Positions 36,894 to 45,188 of a DNA stretch of 64,000 bases are shown here, in pieces (position 1 is the stretch's first letter; every line of letters starts with the position of its first letter). Position numbers and translations under genes: made by a program. The notes under the pieces are model-generated. The model saw only the letters and a list, made by a program, of their open reading frames with translations. It had not been told where the DNA came from and did no database searches. This stretch comes from an uncultured Prevotellaceae bacterium. Lineage in GTDB: Bacteria; Bacteroidota; Bacteroidia; Bacteroidales; Bacteroidaceae. The DNA lies in the NCBI GenBank assembly GCA_947166345.1, contig CAMVDU010000001.1, forward strand, positions 11,260 through 75,259, read 5' to 3'.

Positions 36894-37150
36894 AAAGTGC
36901 GTCACTTTCTGGGAGAGAATGACGCAGTTTCTTCGAGAGAGTGACGCACTTTCTCAGGGCAAGTGACGCAGAAGGCACCCCTTTGACTAAAGTCAAACGA
37001 CCTTTTGACTTAAGTCACGAGATCTTTTGACTTAAGTCGAAAACCTTTTTGACTTAAGTCACGCGGTAGGAAAGTGCGTCTGTTTGTGTTGAGAAGTGTG
37101 TCTTGCTGTGTTGGAAAGTGCATTCGTTTGAGTTGAAGAGCACACAAACA
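36894..37150. repeat. 22-bp periodic array (~12 units) with palindromic cores
   Basis: 4x AGTGACGCAC-like, 4x TTTGACTTAAGTC-like, 3-4x AAAGTGYG-like, at 22-bp spacing. Confidence 0.85.
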
Positions 37151-37176
37151 AAAAAGGAAGCCCTCGTGGACTTCCT
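37150..37176 (-). terminator. Intrinsic terminator after the TA pair
   Basis: Minus strand: aggaagtcc-acga-gggcttcct followed by a T-run. Confidence 0.65.
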
Positions 37177-37177
37177 C

Positions 37178-37570
37178 CTATGACTTTTTCAACTGTTCAA
37201 TAAAATAACAAATGGCTTTCTTTAACGGAGATATCTCGTTCGTGATAATCCATAGGATTTGTGAAGCATCCACATCAAAATAATGATGTGCAATGATGTC
37301 TCTCAAACCCTTTACATTTTTCCATGGAATAGACGGATACGTCGGCAGGAGAACGCCATCGGTGGTTTTATCCAGATTCTTTAGACTTTCGCCGATCGCA
37401 ATGAGAAGCATGCACGTTGCATCCAATAACACCATACCAGATGATGAACATAGGAAATCATCAACAGAGTGAATGTCCTTCGTCCGTTCTTCGAGTTTCT
37501 CGATGGCTGAAAGTATGTCTTCGAGAATATCTAATGCGATGCTTTTGGTTTCAGAAGACAAAGATTCCAT
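37178..37570 (-). CDS. HepT-like (DUF86/HEPN) RNase toxin
   Basis: IGE..K, IPW..VKGLRDIIAHHY (RX4HXY). Confidence 0.88.
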   Translation of the reverse strand: MESLSSETKSIALDILEDILSAIEKLEERTKDIHSVDDFLCSSSGMVLLDATCMLLIAIGESLKNLDKTTDGVLLPTYPSIPWKNVKGLRDIIAHHYFDVDASQILWIITNEISPLKKAICYFIEQLKKS

Positions 37571-37844
37571 CCTTTAAAATGCGCTTTTTTAAACGAGGAT
37601 TCAGGTTCTGGTGGTTGCGGACGATATCAACGGACGTTCCCGTCTCTTTCTCCAGAAATTCTTTAGCATCCATCAGAAGAAACGGATTTGGAGTTTCAGT
37701 ATCAACAAATAAATCAATGTCGCTACCTGCTTTTTGTTCACCTCTTGCCGTTGAGCCAAAAAGAGACAAAGACGTTATGCCATACTTCTCTTTAAGTATG
37801 TTCATATATCTTTTCAACAGTGCGATGCTTTGGTCTTTTGTCAT
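37551..37844 (-). CDS. MNT nucleotidyltransferase antitoxin
   Basis: LFGSTARGEQKAGSDIDL (GSX10DXD); overlaps the toxin gene; -7 box at 37865-37872. Confidence 0.88.
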   Translation of the reverse strand: MTKDQSIALLKRYMNILKEKYGITSLSLFGSTARGEQKAGSDIDLFVDTETPNPFLLMDAKEFLEKETGTSVDIVRNHQNLNPRLKKRILKDGIFVF

Positions 37845-37977
37845 ATCCGTATTCTTTATCGCTGCAAAGATAAGTAATATTTATCAAAGCTCCAAACTTT
37901 CTCCTACATTTTTACGAAAGGACATGTTTTCTTCATATCCACCTTTATGTTTTTTTGAGAATCATGGACAACTGATT

Positions 37978-39162
37978 TTACTTGAAGATCTTCTGGGCAA
38001 AGAGGGTGAGGTAGATGCGCCAGTTGCGCCAGATGTGGCCGCCGTCGTTTTCGTAGTACTCGTAGGGATAGTGGTGAAGGTCAAGGTACTGGCGCAGGTC
38101 GGTGTTCATCTGCATGAGGAAGTCGTCCTTGCCGATGGCTATCCAGAAGAGCTTGGGACGGGAGTCGAAGAGGCGCTGCATCTGCCCGTCGTAGTCGTCG
38201 TCGAGCTTGGAATGGGGCGTGCTGGGCACAATCTCGCGCGGCATGCGGCAGGCGGCTGACTGCAGGCCGTAGTAGTCGAAGAGCTGGGGATAGAGGCGCG
38301 CGATGCCGAAGGTGTGGCCGCCTCCCATGGAAAGGCCTGTGACGGCACGGGCTGAGCGCTTGCGGATGGTCTTGTAGTGGCTGTCCACGAAGGTGACAAT
38401 GTCCAGGAAGCTTTCTTCCATCGAGGCCTTGGCACCACGCTGGTTGAAGGCGTTGCCATCAGGGGTGTACATGCCCTCGTGCCACCAGCCTGGGGCGGCG
38501 TTGCAGGTGGGATTGCCGTTGGGCATCACCACGATCATAGGCACGCAACGGCCTTCGGCGATGAGGTTGTCCATGATCTGCGAGGCGCGTCCCAGGTCGC
38601 CCCAGGCCGTCTCGTCGCCTCCGTGACCGTGTAGCAGGTACATGACGGGGAAACGCTTCTTGCCGTCGTAGGCAGCAGGCAGATAGACGGTCATGCGACG
38701 TTGCTGACCCAGCGTGGGACTGTCGTACCACACGCGGCTGAGGGTGCCGTGGGGCACGTCGTTCACAGCGTAGAGGTGGCCCTTGTCGCTGGCATCGTGG
38801 CTGACGATGAAGATGTTGCTGAGCGTGGAGATGTCGCGGTTGACGTAGCTGTTGGCAGGGTCGATGATGCGCTGACCGTCAACGCTGAAGCTGTAGGAGT
38901 AGAGCTCAGGACGCAGCGGGGCCGTGGTTACTGTCCACACGCCGTTGTCCTGACGGGTCATGTCGAGGCGCTGGTTGCGAATCTCCTCGAAGTCGCCGTT
39001 CACGCTGACGTTCTGTGCCGTCGGGTCGTAGAAGTTGAAGGTCACGGTGCCGTCGGCATGGACGACGGGCGACTGCACACGGGGGCGCTGTCCCAGCTGC
39101 TGCTGGGCAATGCCGGCTGCTGCGAAGAGGCAGCAAACGATAAGTACTAGTTGTCTTTTCAT
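37978..39162 (-). CDS. Secreted esterase (CE1-like) with N-terminal Ig/CBM48-like domain
   Basis: YLLHGHGGDE, GLSMGG nucleophile elbow, GGHIW; signal peptide. Confidence 0.88.
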   Translation of the reverse strand: MKRQLVLIVCCLFAAAGIAQQQLGQRPRVQSPVVHADGTVTFNFYDPTAQNVSVNGDFEEIRNQRLDMTRQDNGVWTVTTAPLRPELYSYSFSVDGQRIIDPANSYVNRDISTLSNIFIVSHDASDKGHLYAVNDVPHGTLSRVWYDSPTLGQQRRMTVYLPAAYDGKKRFPVMYLLHGHGGDETAWGDLGRASQIMDNLIAEGRCVPMIVVMPNGNPTCNAAPGWWHEGMYTPDGNAFNQRGAKASMEESFLDIVTFVDSHYKTIRKRSARAVTGLSMGGGHTFGIARLYPQLFDYYGLQSAACRMPREIVPSTPHSKLDDDYDGQMQRLFDSRPKLFWIAIGKDDFLMQMNTDLRQYLDLHHYPYEYYENDGGHIWRNWRIYLTLFAQKIFK

Positions 39163-39177
39163 ATTGGTTCCTTTTTT

Positions 39178-39855
39178 TTATTCTGTGCCAAGCTTTCGGG
39201 CACCCATCTTCTCAAGGGGCTTCTTGGCCAGGCGCGTCCACTTCTCCACAGGCGGTGTGTCTTCCGAGAAGTTCGACTTCTTGACCTGTCGCTTCCATGT
39301 CAGGTAGTTTTCGCTGTGCAACGTCACGTCGCCTGTGTTGCGCTGAATGCTTTCATCCTCCTTGCCTATCAGGTAGAAGTCGCCATCCTGGAAACGGTAG
39401 GTATAGCGGTCAATGTGCGTGAAATAGCTGCCCGCACTACAATCGGGCTGTATGGAGATGATCAGCGCACCACGCTGGGTAATCTCAAAATTGATGTTGA
39501 TGGTGCAGTTCTCGTTGTCAGGATCGTCGGCAGGCAACAGCATGCCATACTGCTTCCACTTCTGCAGACGACCGTCGGACGTGCCGAAATAGACAGCGAA
39601 GATGGGCTGGTTGTAGTTGTACTCATAGCCGTCGGAGCGCTTCACGATATGCTCTTTGTCGTTGGACTTCATCATCAGGACCACATCCGTAATGCCGTCC
39701 TTGTTCAGGTCGCCCCGCTCCTCATAGTGCATCCAACCCTTGGGAACGATGTCGTGAACACTCATGCCTACCTGTTTCAGACCCTGTGCATGAACGGTTC
39801 CAGCGGCGCAAACGAACAGGGCCACCGCTGCCAGTCTTTTCATTGCTTTCATCAT
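39178..39855 (-). CDS. Secreted hypothetical protein
   Basis: Signal peptide; GDLNKDGITD loop; YRFQDGDFYLIG. Confidence 0.7.
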   Translation of the reverse strand: MMKAMKRLAAVALFVCAAGTVHAQGLKQVGMSVHDIVPKGWMHYEERGDLNKDGITDVVLMMKSNDKEHIVKRSDGYEYNYNQPIFAVYFGTSDGRLQKWKQYGMLLPADDPDNENCTININFEITQRGALIISIQPDCSAGSYFTHIDRYTYRFQDGDFYLIGKEDESIQRNTGDVTLHSENYLTWKRQVKKSNFSEDTPPVEKWTRLAKKPLEKMGARKLGTE

Positions 39856-39891
39856 AGTGTCTTTAGTTATTGTTGGGGATAAAAACGGGAA

Positions 39892-42165
39892 TCAGGTTTC
39901 GAGCAGGGTGTCGAGCGATGCCTGCTCGCCCACAATCCAGATGATGTCGCCCTCCAGGAACTGACGGTTGGGACGGAAGGGAGAGAGGTTCTCCTTGCCT
40001 TCCTCCAGACCCACGACCATGCAGTTGTAGCGGCTGCGCAGACCACTCTCCTCGAGGGTCTTGCCGATGAAGGGACTGTCGGCACCGATAATCATCTGGC
40101 GCAGTTTCATCTCGCGTTTCTCAAGATTGACATCTTCGACCATCAGCTCCTGCTGAAGGGCTGCAGCCAGCTTGCCCAGCTGTTCATCGCTGCCGATAAC
40201 CTGCAGACGGTCGAAGGGGAAGAGCTGGTCATCGCCCGAGGGAATGTTGAGACGGTTGCCACCACGCAGGATGCTGCTGACATGGACACCATACTTGCGA
40301 CCCAGGTTCAGTTGCTTGAGCGTCTGACCCATCCACGCCGAGTTGGCAGGAATGTCGAAATCGGCAATATGGATATCGCGGTCGAGGAGCTTGCCTTCGT
40401 AGAGCGGACGGCGCTTGCCGTGCACCTGTGCCTCGATGTCGCGCGAACGCAGGTTGTTGATGAACAGGCGTTCGAGCAGGATGCTGCGGCGCTTGATGCC
40501 GCGCGACTGGACGATGAGCACCACGGCGATAACACCCACGGTGATGACGATGGCAGGCGCAAAGTGGAGCAGGTGCTGACAGACGTAGAACACGTAGGTG
40601 ACACCAATGAAGCCTCGTATCAGGACGGTGGCCATCAGCGGCGGACGGTTGCGGTTGCTCTCTGCCCACAGGGCCTTCCACTCCTCGCTGTGGTTCTTCT
40701 TCATAATCATGGCCCGCAGGAAGGGGGCAATGAAGAGGATGGTGAGCAGGCCTATGATGAGCTTCGCTATGGACAATGGATAATTGAGAATGGACAGTTG
40801 GACGGGTACCAACTTCTCAGCCAGTGGCAGAGCGAAGACGAACATCACAGTAATGATGGCTGTCGAGAGGATGCTGTAGACAATGGTGTTGACAACCATC
40901 TGCTTGAGCAGCTGTTTCCATTTGCCACGCTTGGTGGTGTCAGGATGGCTCATCGACAGGTGGTTGAGCGAACGGATGATGCGCGAGGGCAGTCGGTGCT
41001 CAAGGGCATTGTAGGCAGGCGTTGCCAGGCGTATCATGTAAGGCGTGAGGAAGGTGGTGATCACCGATACAGCCACCACCACAGGATAGAGGAAGTCGCT
41101 GATGACGCCCAGGGACAGACCCAAGGAGGCGATGATGAACGAGAACTCACCAATCTGCGCCATTGAGAAGCCGCAGCGCATGGCCGACTTCAGCGACTCG
41201 CCGCCCAGCATGAACGAGAACGAGCCCACGGTGCTCTGTCCGACGATGATGGTCAGGATGAGTGCCAGGATGGGCAGGGCATAATCGACGATGATCTGAG
41301 GATCGACGAGCATACCCACCGACACGAAGAAGATGGCGCCAAAGAGGTTTTTCACAGGCTCTACCAGCTTCTCGATGCGCTCGGCCTCGATGGTCTCGGC
41401 CAGGATGCTGCCCATGATGAAAGCACCAAAGGCAGAAGAGAAACCTACCTTCGTGGAGAAGACTGCCATAGCACAGCAGAGTCCCAGCGACACGATGAGC
41501 AGCACCTCGGCATTGATGAGGCGGCGCACCCTGCGCAGGAACAGAGGGATGGCGAAGATGCCCACCACGAGCCACAACACCAGGAAGAACACGATCTTCA
41601 CGATGGAACCAAGCATCTGACCACTATCGGTACCGTTGCCGCTGGCAATGGCACTCAGCATCACCATCATGACAATGGCAAGGATGTCCTCGAGGATGAG
41701 GACGCTCATCACCAGACCCGTGAACTGCTGTTGTCGCAGGCCCAGATCGTCGAACGCCTTATATATAATAGTGGTGGACGACATGGCCAGCATACCGCCC
41801 AGGAAGATGCAGTCCATCTTGGACCAGCCGAAGGCCTGGCCCACGATGAAGCCCAGCGTGGCCATCGCCGTAATGATGCAGATAACACTGATGATGGGCG
41901 AGGCGCCCATCTTCAGTATTTTCTTGAAAGAGAAGTCGAGTCCCAACGAGAACAGCAGGAACATCACGCCGATGTCGGCCCACAGGTGGACGTTGGACAT
42001 GTCGGTGACGCTTGCCGTATAGGGCATGTGGGGACTGACCAGGAAGCCCGCAACGATGTAGCCCAGCACCAGCGGCTGCTTCAGCTGCTTGAAGATGAGG
42101 GTTACAATGCCGGCGACCATCAGGATGAGCGCCAGGTCGGAAATCATTGCAGGTAGTTCTGACAT
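39892..42165 (-). CDS. CPA2 cation:proton antiporter with C-terminal RCK_C domains
   Basis: LGYIVAG, SSTTII, ILEDI, FFVSVG, QIGEFSFI; two GQTL/GKTL RCK_C repeats. Confidence 0.92.
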   Translation of the reverse strand: MSELPAMISDLALILMVAGIVTLIFKQLKQPLVLGYIVAGFLVSPHMPYTASVTDMSNVHLWADIGVMFLLFSLGLDFSFKKILKMGASPIISVICIITAMATLGFIVGQAFGWSKMDCIFLGGMLAMSSTTIIYKAFDDLGLRQQQFTGLVMSVLILEDILAIVMMVMLSAIASGNGTDSGQMLGSIVKIVFFLVLWLVVGIFAIPLFLRRVRRLINAEVLLIVSLGLCCAMAVFSTKVGFSSAFGAFIMGSILAETIEAERIEKLVEPVKNLFGAIFFVSVGMLVDPQIIVDYALPILALILTIIVGQSTVGSFSFMLGGESLKSAMRCGFSMAQIGEFSFIIASLGLSLGVISDFLYPVVVAVSVITTFLTPYMIRLATPAYNALEHRLPSRIIRSLNHLSMSHPDTTKRGKWKQLLKQMVVNTIVYSILSTAIITVMFVFALPLAEKLVPVQLSILNYPLSIAKLIIGLLTILFIAPFLRAMIMKKNHSEEWKALWAESNRNRPPLMATVLIRGFIGVTYVFYVCQHLLHFAPAIVITVGVIAVVLIVQSRGIKRRSILLERLFINNLRSRDIEAQVHGKRRPLYEGKLLDRDIHIADFDIPANSAWMGQTLKQLNLGRKYGVHVSSILRGGNRLNIPSGDDQLFPFDRLQVIGSDEQLGKLAAALQQELMVEDVNLEKREMKLRQMIIGADSPFIGKTLEESGLRSRYNCMVVGLEEGKENLSPFRPNRQFLEGDIIWIVGEQASLDTLLET

Positions 42166-42176
42166 GTTGTTTTTGC

Positions 42177-43754
42177 TTACTTGCTTACTTCGTTTTCTTC
42201 ACGCATGTCGATAAACTGGCGCTTGGAGTCGTAGAACTCGTACTGCAGGAAGGCCAGCTTCTGACTGGGAACGATGCGTACGCCCAGGCCGTACTTCATC
42301 TGCCAGCGGCGCTTCAGGGAGATGACACCCTGATTGATGAAGGCGGCGACGTAGGGATGGACATGCAACGTGAAACGACGGATGCCTATCTTGTTGACCA
42401 GACGGTCGATCTTGCTTTCCAGCTGGTCGGTGAAGAGGATGCTCGACTTGATCTTGCCTGTGCCGTGACAGGTGGGGCAACTCTCTTCAACGGCTACGTC
42501 CATAGCGGGACGCACACGCTGGCGCGTGATCTGCATAAGTCCGAACTTGCTGAGGGGCAGGATGTTGTGACGGGCACGGTCTTTCTTCATGTTCTCGCAC
42601 ATGCGCTCATAGAGCAGCTGGCGGTCTTCGGCCAGGTTCATGTCGATGAAATCGACGACAATGATTCCACCCATGTCACGCAGACGCAACTGGCGTGCCA
42701 ACTCGTCGGCAGCACCCAGGTTGGTCTCCAGGGCATTGGCTTCCTGTCCGTTTTCTTTCTTAATGCGCGTACCACTGTTGACATCTACCACATGCATGGC
42801 CTCTGTATGCTCGATGATGAGGTAGGCACCCCGTTTGTAGTTGACGGTGCGGCCAAAGCCAGACTTCAGCTGTTTGGTCACGTCGAAATTGTCAAAGATG
42901 GGAACGGTGCCCTTGTAGAGTTTCACGATGTCGGCCTTCTCAGGGGCAATCATACTGACATAGTCGTGAATCTGACTGAAAATCTCGGGATCGTTCACAT
43001 GGATACCGTCATAGGTGGGGTTGAAAAGGTCGCGCAGGAGTGCTACGGCACGTGTCTGCTCCTCGAATACCAGTTGGGGACGCTCGGTGGTCTTCTGAAC
43101 CTTGGTGATAGCGTCGTCCCATCGTTTCATCAGCAGTTTCAGCTCAGCGTCCAACTCGGCAGCACGCTTGCCCTCGGCAACCGTACGAACGATAACGCCG
43201 AAGTTCTTGGGCTTCATGCTTTGTACCAACTGCTTCAAGCGGCTACGCTCCTCACCGCGTTTGATCTTGCTTGAAACAGAAACCTTGTCGCCGAAGGGGA
43301 TGAGCACCATGTAGCGTCCAGCAAAGCTGAGGTCACAGCTGAGACGGGGACCCTTGGTGTTGATGGGCTCCTTGACAACCTGAACCATGATCTCCTGACC
43401 CACCTTCAGCACGTTCTGGATGCTTCCGTCCTTGGGAAGGTCGGGTAGGATAGAGGCTTTCTGGATGGGGTAGAGCTTCTTGCGGTCGCTGGCTACCTGC
43501 TTGAGGTACTTCTCGTAAGAGCTGAATTGCAGACCCAGATCAAGATAGTGAAGGAAAGCGTCTTTCTCGCTTCCTACGTCCACGAAGCAAGCGTTGAGTC
43601 CTGGCATGAGCTTGCGCACCTTGCCGATGTAGATGTTGCCAACGGCGAACGAGGCCTCGCGAGGCTCGTTCTGATATTCCACCAGGTTCTTGTCTTCCAA
43701 GAGCGCGATGGATATCTCTTTTGGCTGCACATCAATGATAACTTCGCTTGTCAT
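42177..43754 (-). CDS. rng: Rne/Rng family ribonuclease
   Basis: S1 domain (VGNIY.GKV), DVNSG, LRLRDMGGIIVVDFIDM, CPTC.GTG. Confidence 0.93.
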   Translation of the reverse strand: MTSEVIIDVQPKEISIALLEDKNLVEYQNEPREASFAVGNIYIGKVRKLMPGLNACFVDVGSEKDAFLHYLDLGLQFSSYEKYLKQVASDRKKLYPIQKASILPDLPKDGSIQNVLKVGQEIMVQVVKEPINTKGPRLSCDLSFAGRYMVLIPFGDKVSVSSKIKRGEERSRLKQLVQSMKPKNFGVIVRTVAEGKRAAELDAELKLLMKRWDDAITKVQKTTERPQLVFEEQTRAVALLRDLFNPTYDGIHVNDPEIFSQIHDYVSMIAPEKADIVKLYKGTVPIFDNFDVTKQLKSGFGRTVNYKRGAYLIIEHTEAMHVVDVNSGTRIKKENGQEANALETNLGAADELARQLRLRDMGGIIVVDFIDMNLAEDRQLLYERMCENMKKDRARHNILPLSKFGLMQITRQRVRPAMDVAVEESCPTCHGTGKIKSSILFTDQLESKIDRLVNKIGIRRFTLHVHPYVAAFINQGVISLKRRWQMKYGLGVRIVPSQKLAFLQYEFYDSKRQFIDMREENEVSK

Positions 43755-43759
43755 TTTTT

Positions 43760-43815
43760 TTAATGCTTAATTCTTAATGCTTAATTGTCAATTGTCAATT
43801 GTGAATTGTCAATTG
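43760..43815. repeat. 7-bp tandem array x8 (ttaatgc drifting to tcaattg)
   Basis: Unbroken 7-nt register. Confidence 0.9.
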
Positions 43816-43821
43816 TTTAAC

Positions 43822-43867
43822 AAAAAGGGTGCACCGAGCATAATGCGTATGCTTCAGTACACTCCTT
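43822..43867 (-). terminator. Hairpin plus T-tract downstream of the bS22 gene
   Basis: Minus strand: gtgtactgaagcata / tatgctcggtgcac then ccttttt. Confidence 0.55.
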
Positions 43868-43890
43868 CCATTTCTTCGTGTAATAAGTGC

Positions 43891-43980
43891 TTACTTGCTC
43901 TTATGACGATTCTTGCGCAGTCTCTTCTTGCGCTTGTGAGTAGCCATCTTGTGGCCCTTCTTTTTCTTTCCGTTTGGCAT
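43891..43980 (-). CDS. Small basic ribosomal protein bS22-like (AURKAIP1/COX24-type), missing from the ORF track
   Basis: MPNGKKKKGHKMATHKRKKRLRKNRHKSK*. Confidence 0.85.
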   Translation of the reverse strand: MPNGKKKKGHKMATHKRKKRLRKNRHKSK

Positions 43981-44035
43981 AGTTGTAGAATAATTTTGAT
44001 ATATGATTATTTATTTGTATGTTTTGCAGGCAACG

Positions 44036-44314
44036 TTACTCACCCATGCGCTCGATGAAGCTCTTGGCAGGCTTGAAGGCAGGAAGATCGTGAGCGTCGA
44101 TAACCAGAGTGGTGTTCTTGGAGATGTTGCGAGCGGTCTTCTTGGCACGATGCTTTACGATGAAGCTGCCGAAACCACGCAGGTAAACATTCTCCTTGTT
44201 GTCTGCCAGACTGTTACGAATCTCCTCCATGAAAGCCTCTACTACAATGGCTGTCTCACGCTTGCCTACACCAGTCTGCTGGGCAATAGTATTGACTATG
44301 TCTTGTTTAGTCAT
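44036..44314 (-). CDS. HU/IHF family DNA-binding protein
   Basis: MTKQDIV, VYLRGFGSF, ARNI, PAFKPAK; -7 box at 44365-44372. Confidence 0.93.
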   Translation of the reverse strand: MTKQDIVNTIAQQTGVGKRETAIVVEAFMEEIRNSLADNKENVYLRGFGSFIVKHRAKKTARNISKNTTLVIDAHDLPAFKPAKSFIERMGE

Positions 44315-44433
44315 TTTTATGTTCTCCTTTTAATGTTTATTAATACTTTTTCGTTTTCGGACTGCAAAGATACTCATTTTCAACGATATATGAAAATGTT
44401 TTCGCTTTTTTTTGAAAAAAAACCGCGATTATC

Positions 44434-45141
44434 CTACATCTGCTGCTCAAAATAGGCCGTCAACTCCTGTCGGGCGTCGTCATTTTGCGGATTCAGGTCG
44501 CGAATGATGCATCCTTTCTCAAGGAGGGCGATGCGTGTGGAGATATCGACGGTATGCTGCAGGTTGTGGCTACTGATGAGGATGGTGGCCTGGGTGTCGC
44601 GGGCATAGTCGGTGATGAGTCGTTTCAGCAGGTTCTGGCTTGTGGGGTCCAGAAAGTTGAATGGCTCGTCGAGGATGACCAGACGGGGCTGACGTATCAG
44701 GGCAGAGATGATGCCAACCTTCTGCTTGTTGCCTGCAGAGAGGTTGCGTATCAATTTCTTCTGTCCGAACACTTCGCCTCCAGAGAAATGCTCGTAGGCC
44801 TGCAGTCTCTGGTCTATCTCCTTCTGGGGGATGCCGCTGATCTTGCCCAGGAACGAGAAATACTCTTCAGGCGTCAGATAGTCGATGAGGAATCCTTCGT
44901 CGATATAGGCACCCGTGAACTGCTTCCAGTCTTCAGAGGTGGCAGGGTTGATGTCTCCGCTGATGGTGATCTCTCCGTTATCGGGCTTCAGCAGGTCGAG
45001 AATCATACGGAACAGGGTTGTCTTGCCAGCTCCGTTGTTGCCTACCAGTCCCAGCACTTCGCCGTCGTTCACCGTGAACGATGGGATGTTGCAGGCGACG
45101 GTTTCACCAAACTGCTTCTTGAGGTTGTCGATCTTAATCAT
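44434..45141 (-). CDS. ABC transporter ATP-binding protein
   Basis: GNNGAGKTT, LSAGNKQK, ILDEP, SSH. Confidence 0.9.
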   Translation of the reverse strand: MIKIDNLKKQFGETVACNIPSFTVNDGEVLGLVGNNGAGKTTLFRMILDLLKPDNGEITISGDINPATSEDWKQFTGAYIDEGFLIDYLTPEEYFSFLGKISGIPQKEIDQRLQAYEHFSGGEVFGQKKLIRNLSAGNKQKVGIISALIRQPRLVILDEPFNFLDPTSQNLLKRLITDYARDTQATILISSHNLQHTVDISTRIALLEKGCIIRDLNPQNDDARQELTAYFEQQM

Positions 45142-45148
45142 GGCTTTT

Positions 45149-45172
45149 TTCGTTATTACGTTATAACGTTAT
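45149..45172. repeat. 8-bp repeat, reverse complement of the ataacg family at 2501
   Basis: ttcgttat tacgttat aacgttat. Confidence 0.7.
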
Positions 45173-45188
45173 TACGGGCTAACGACAA

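Noticed and set aside
36466-36996. Short ORFs 36466-36711 and 36739-36996
   Set aside because: They run through promoter, poly-T and repeat DNA and have no protein-like features
36894-37150. Possible CRISPR array
   Set aside because: A 22-bp period leaves no room for spacers, the cores change between blocks, and no cas genes are present
38203-38233. Possible heptamer insert in the esterase (VPSTPHSKL); similar weak cases near 4455-4500 and in cobQ
   Set aside because: Periodicity is too degenerate to support by eye
37417-38259. 280-aa plus-strand ORF
   Set aside because: Antisense across three well-supported genes
43777-44058. 93-aa ORF starting MLNCQLSIVNCQL
   Set aside because: Translation of an intergenic heptamer tract, antisense to bS22
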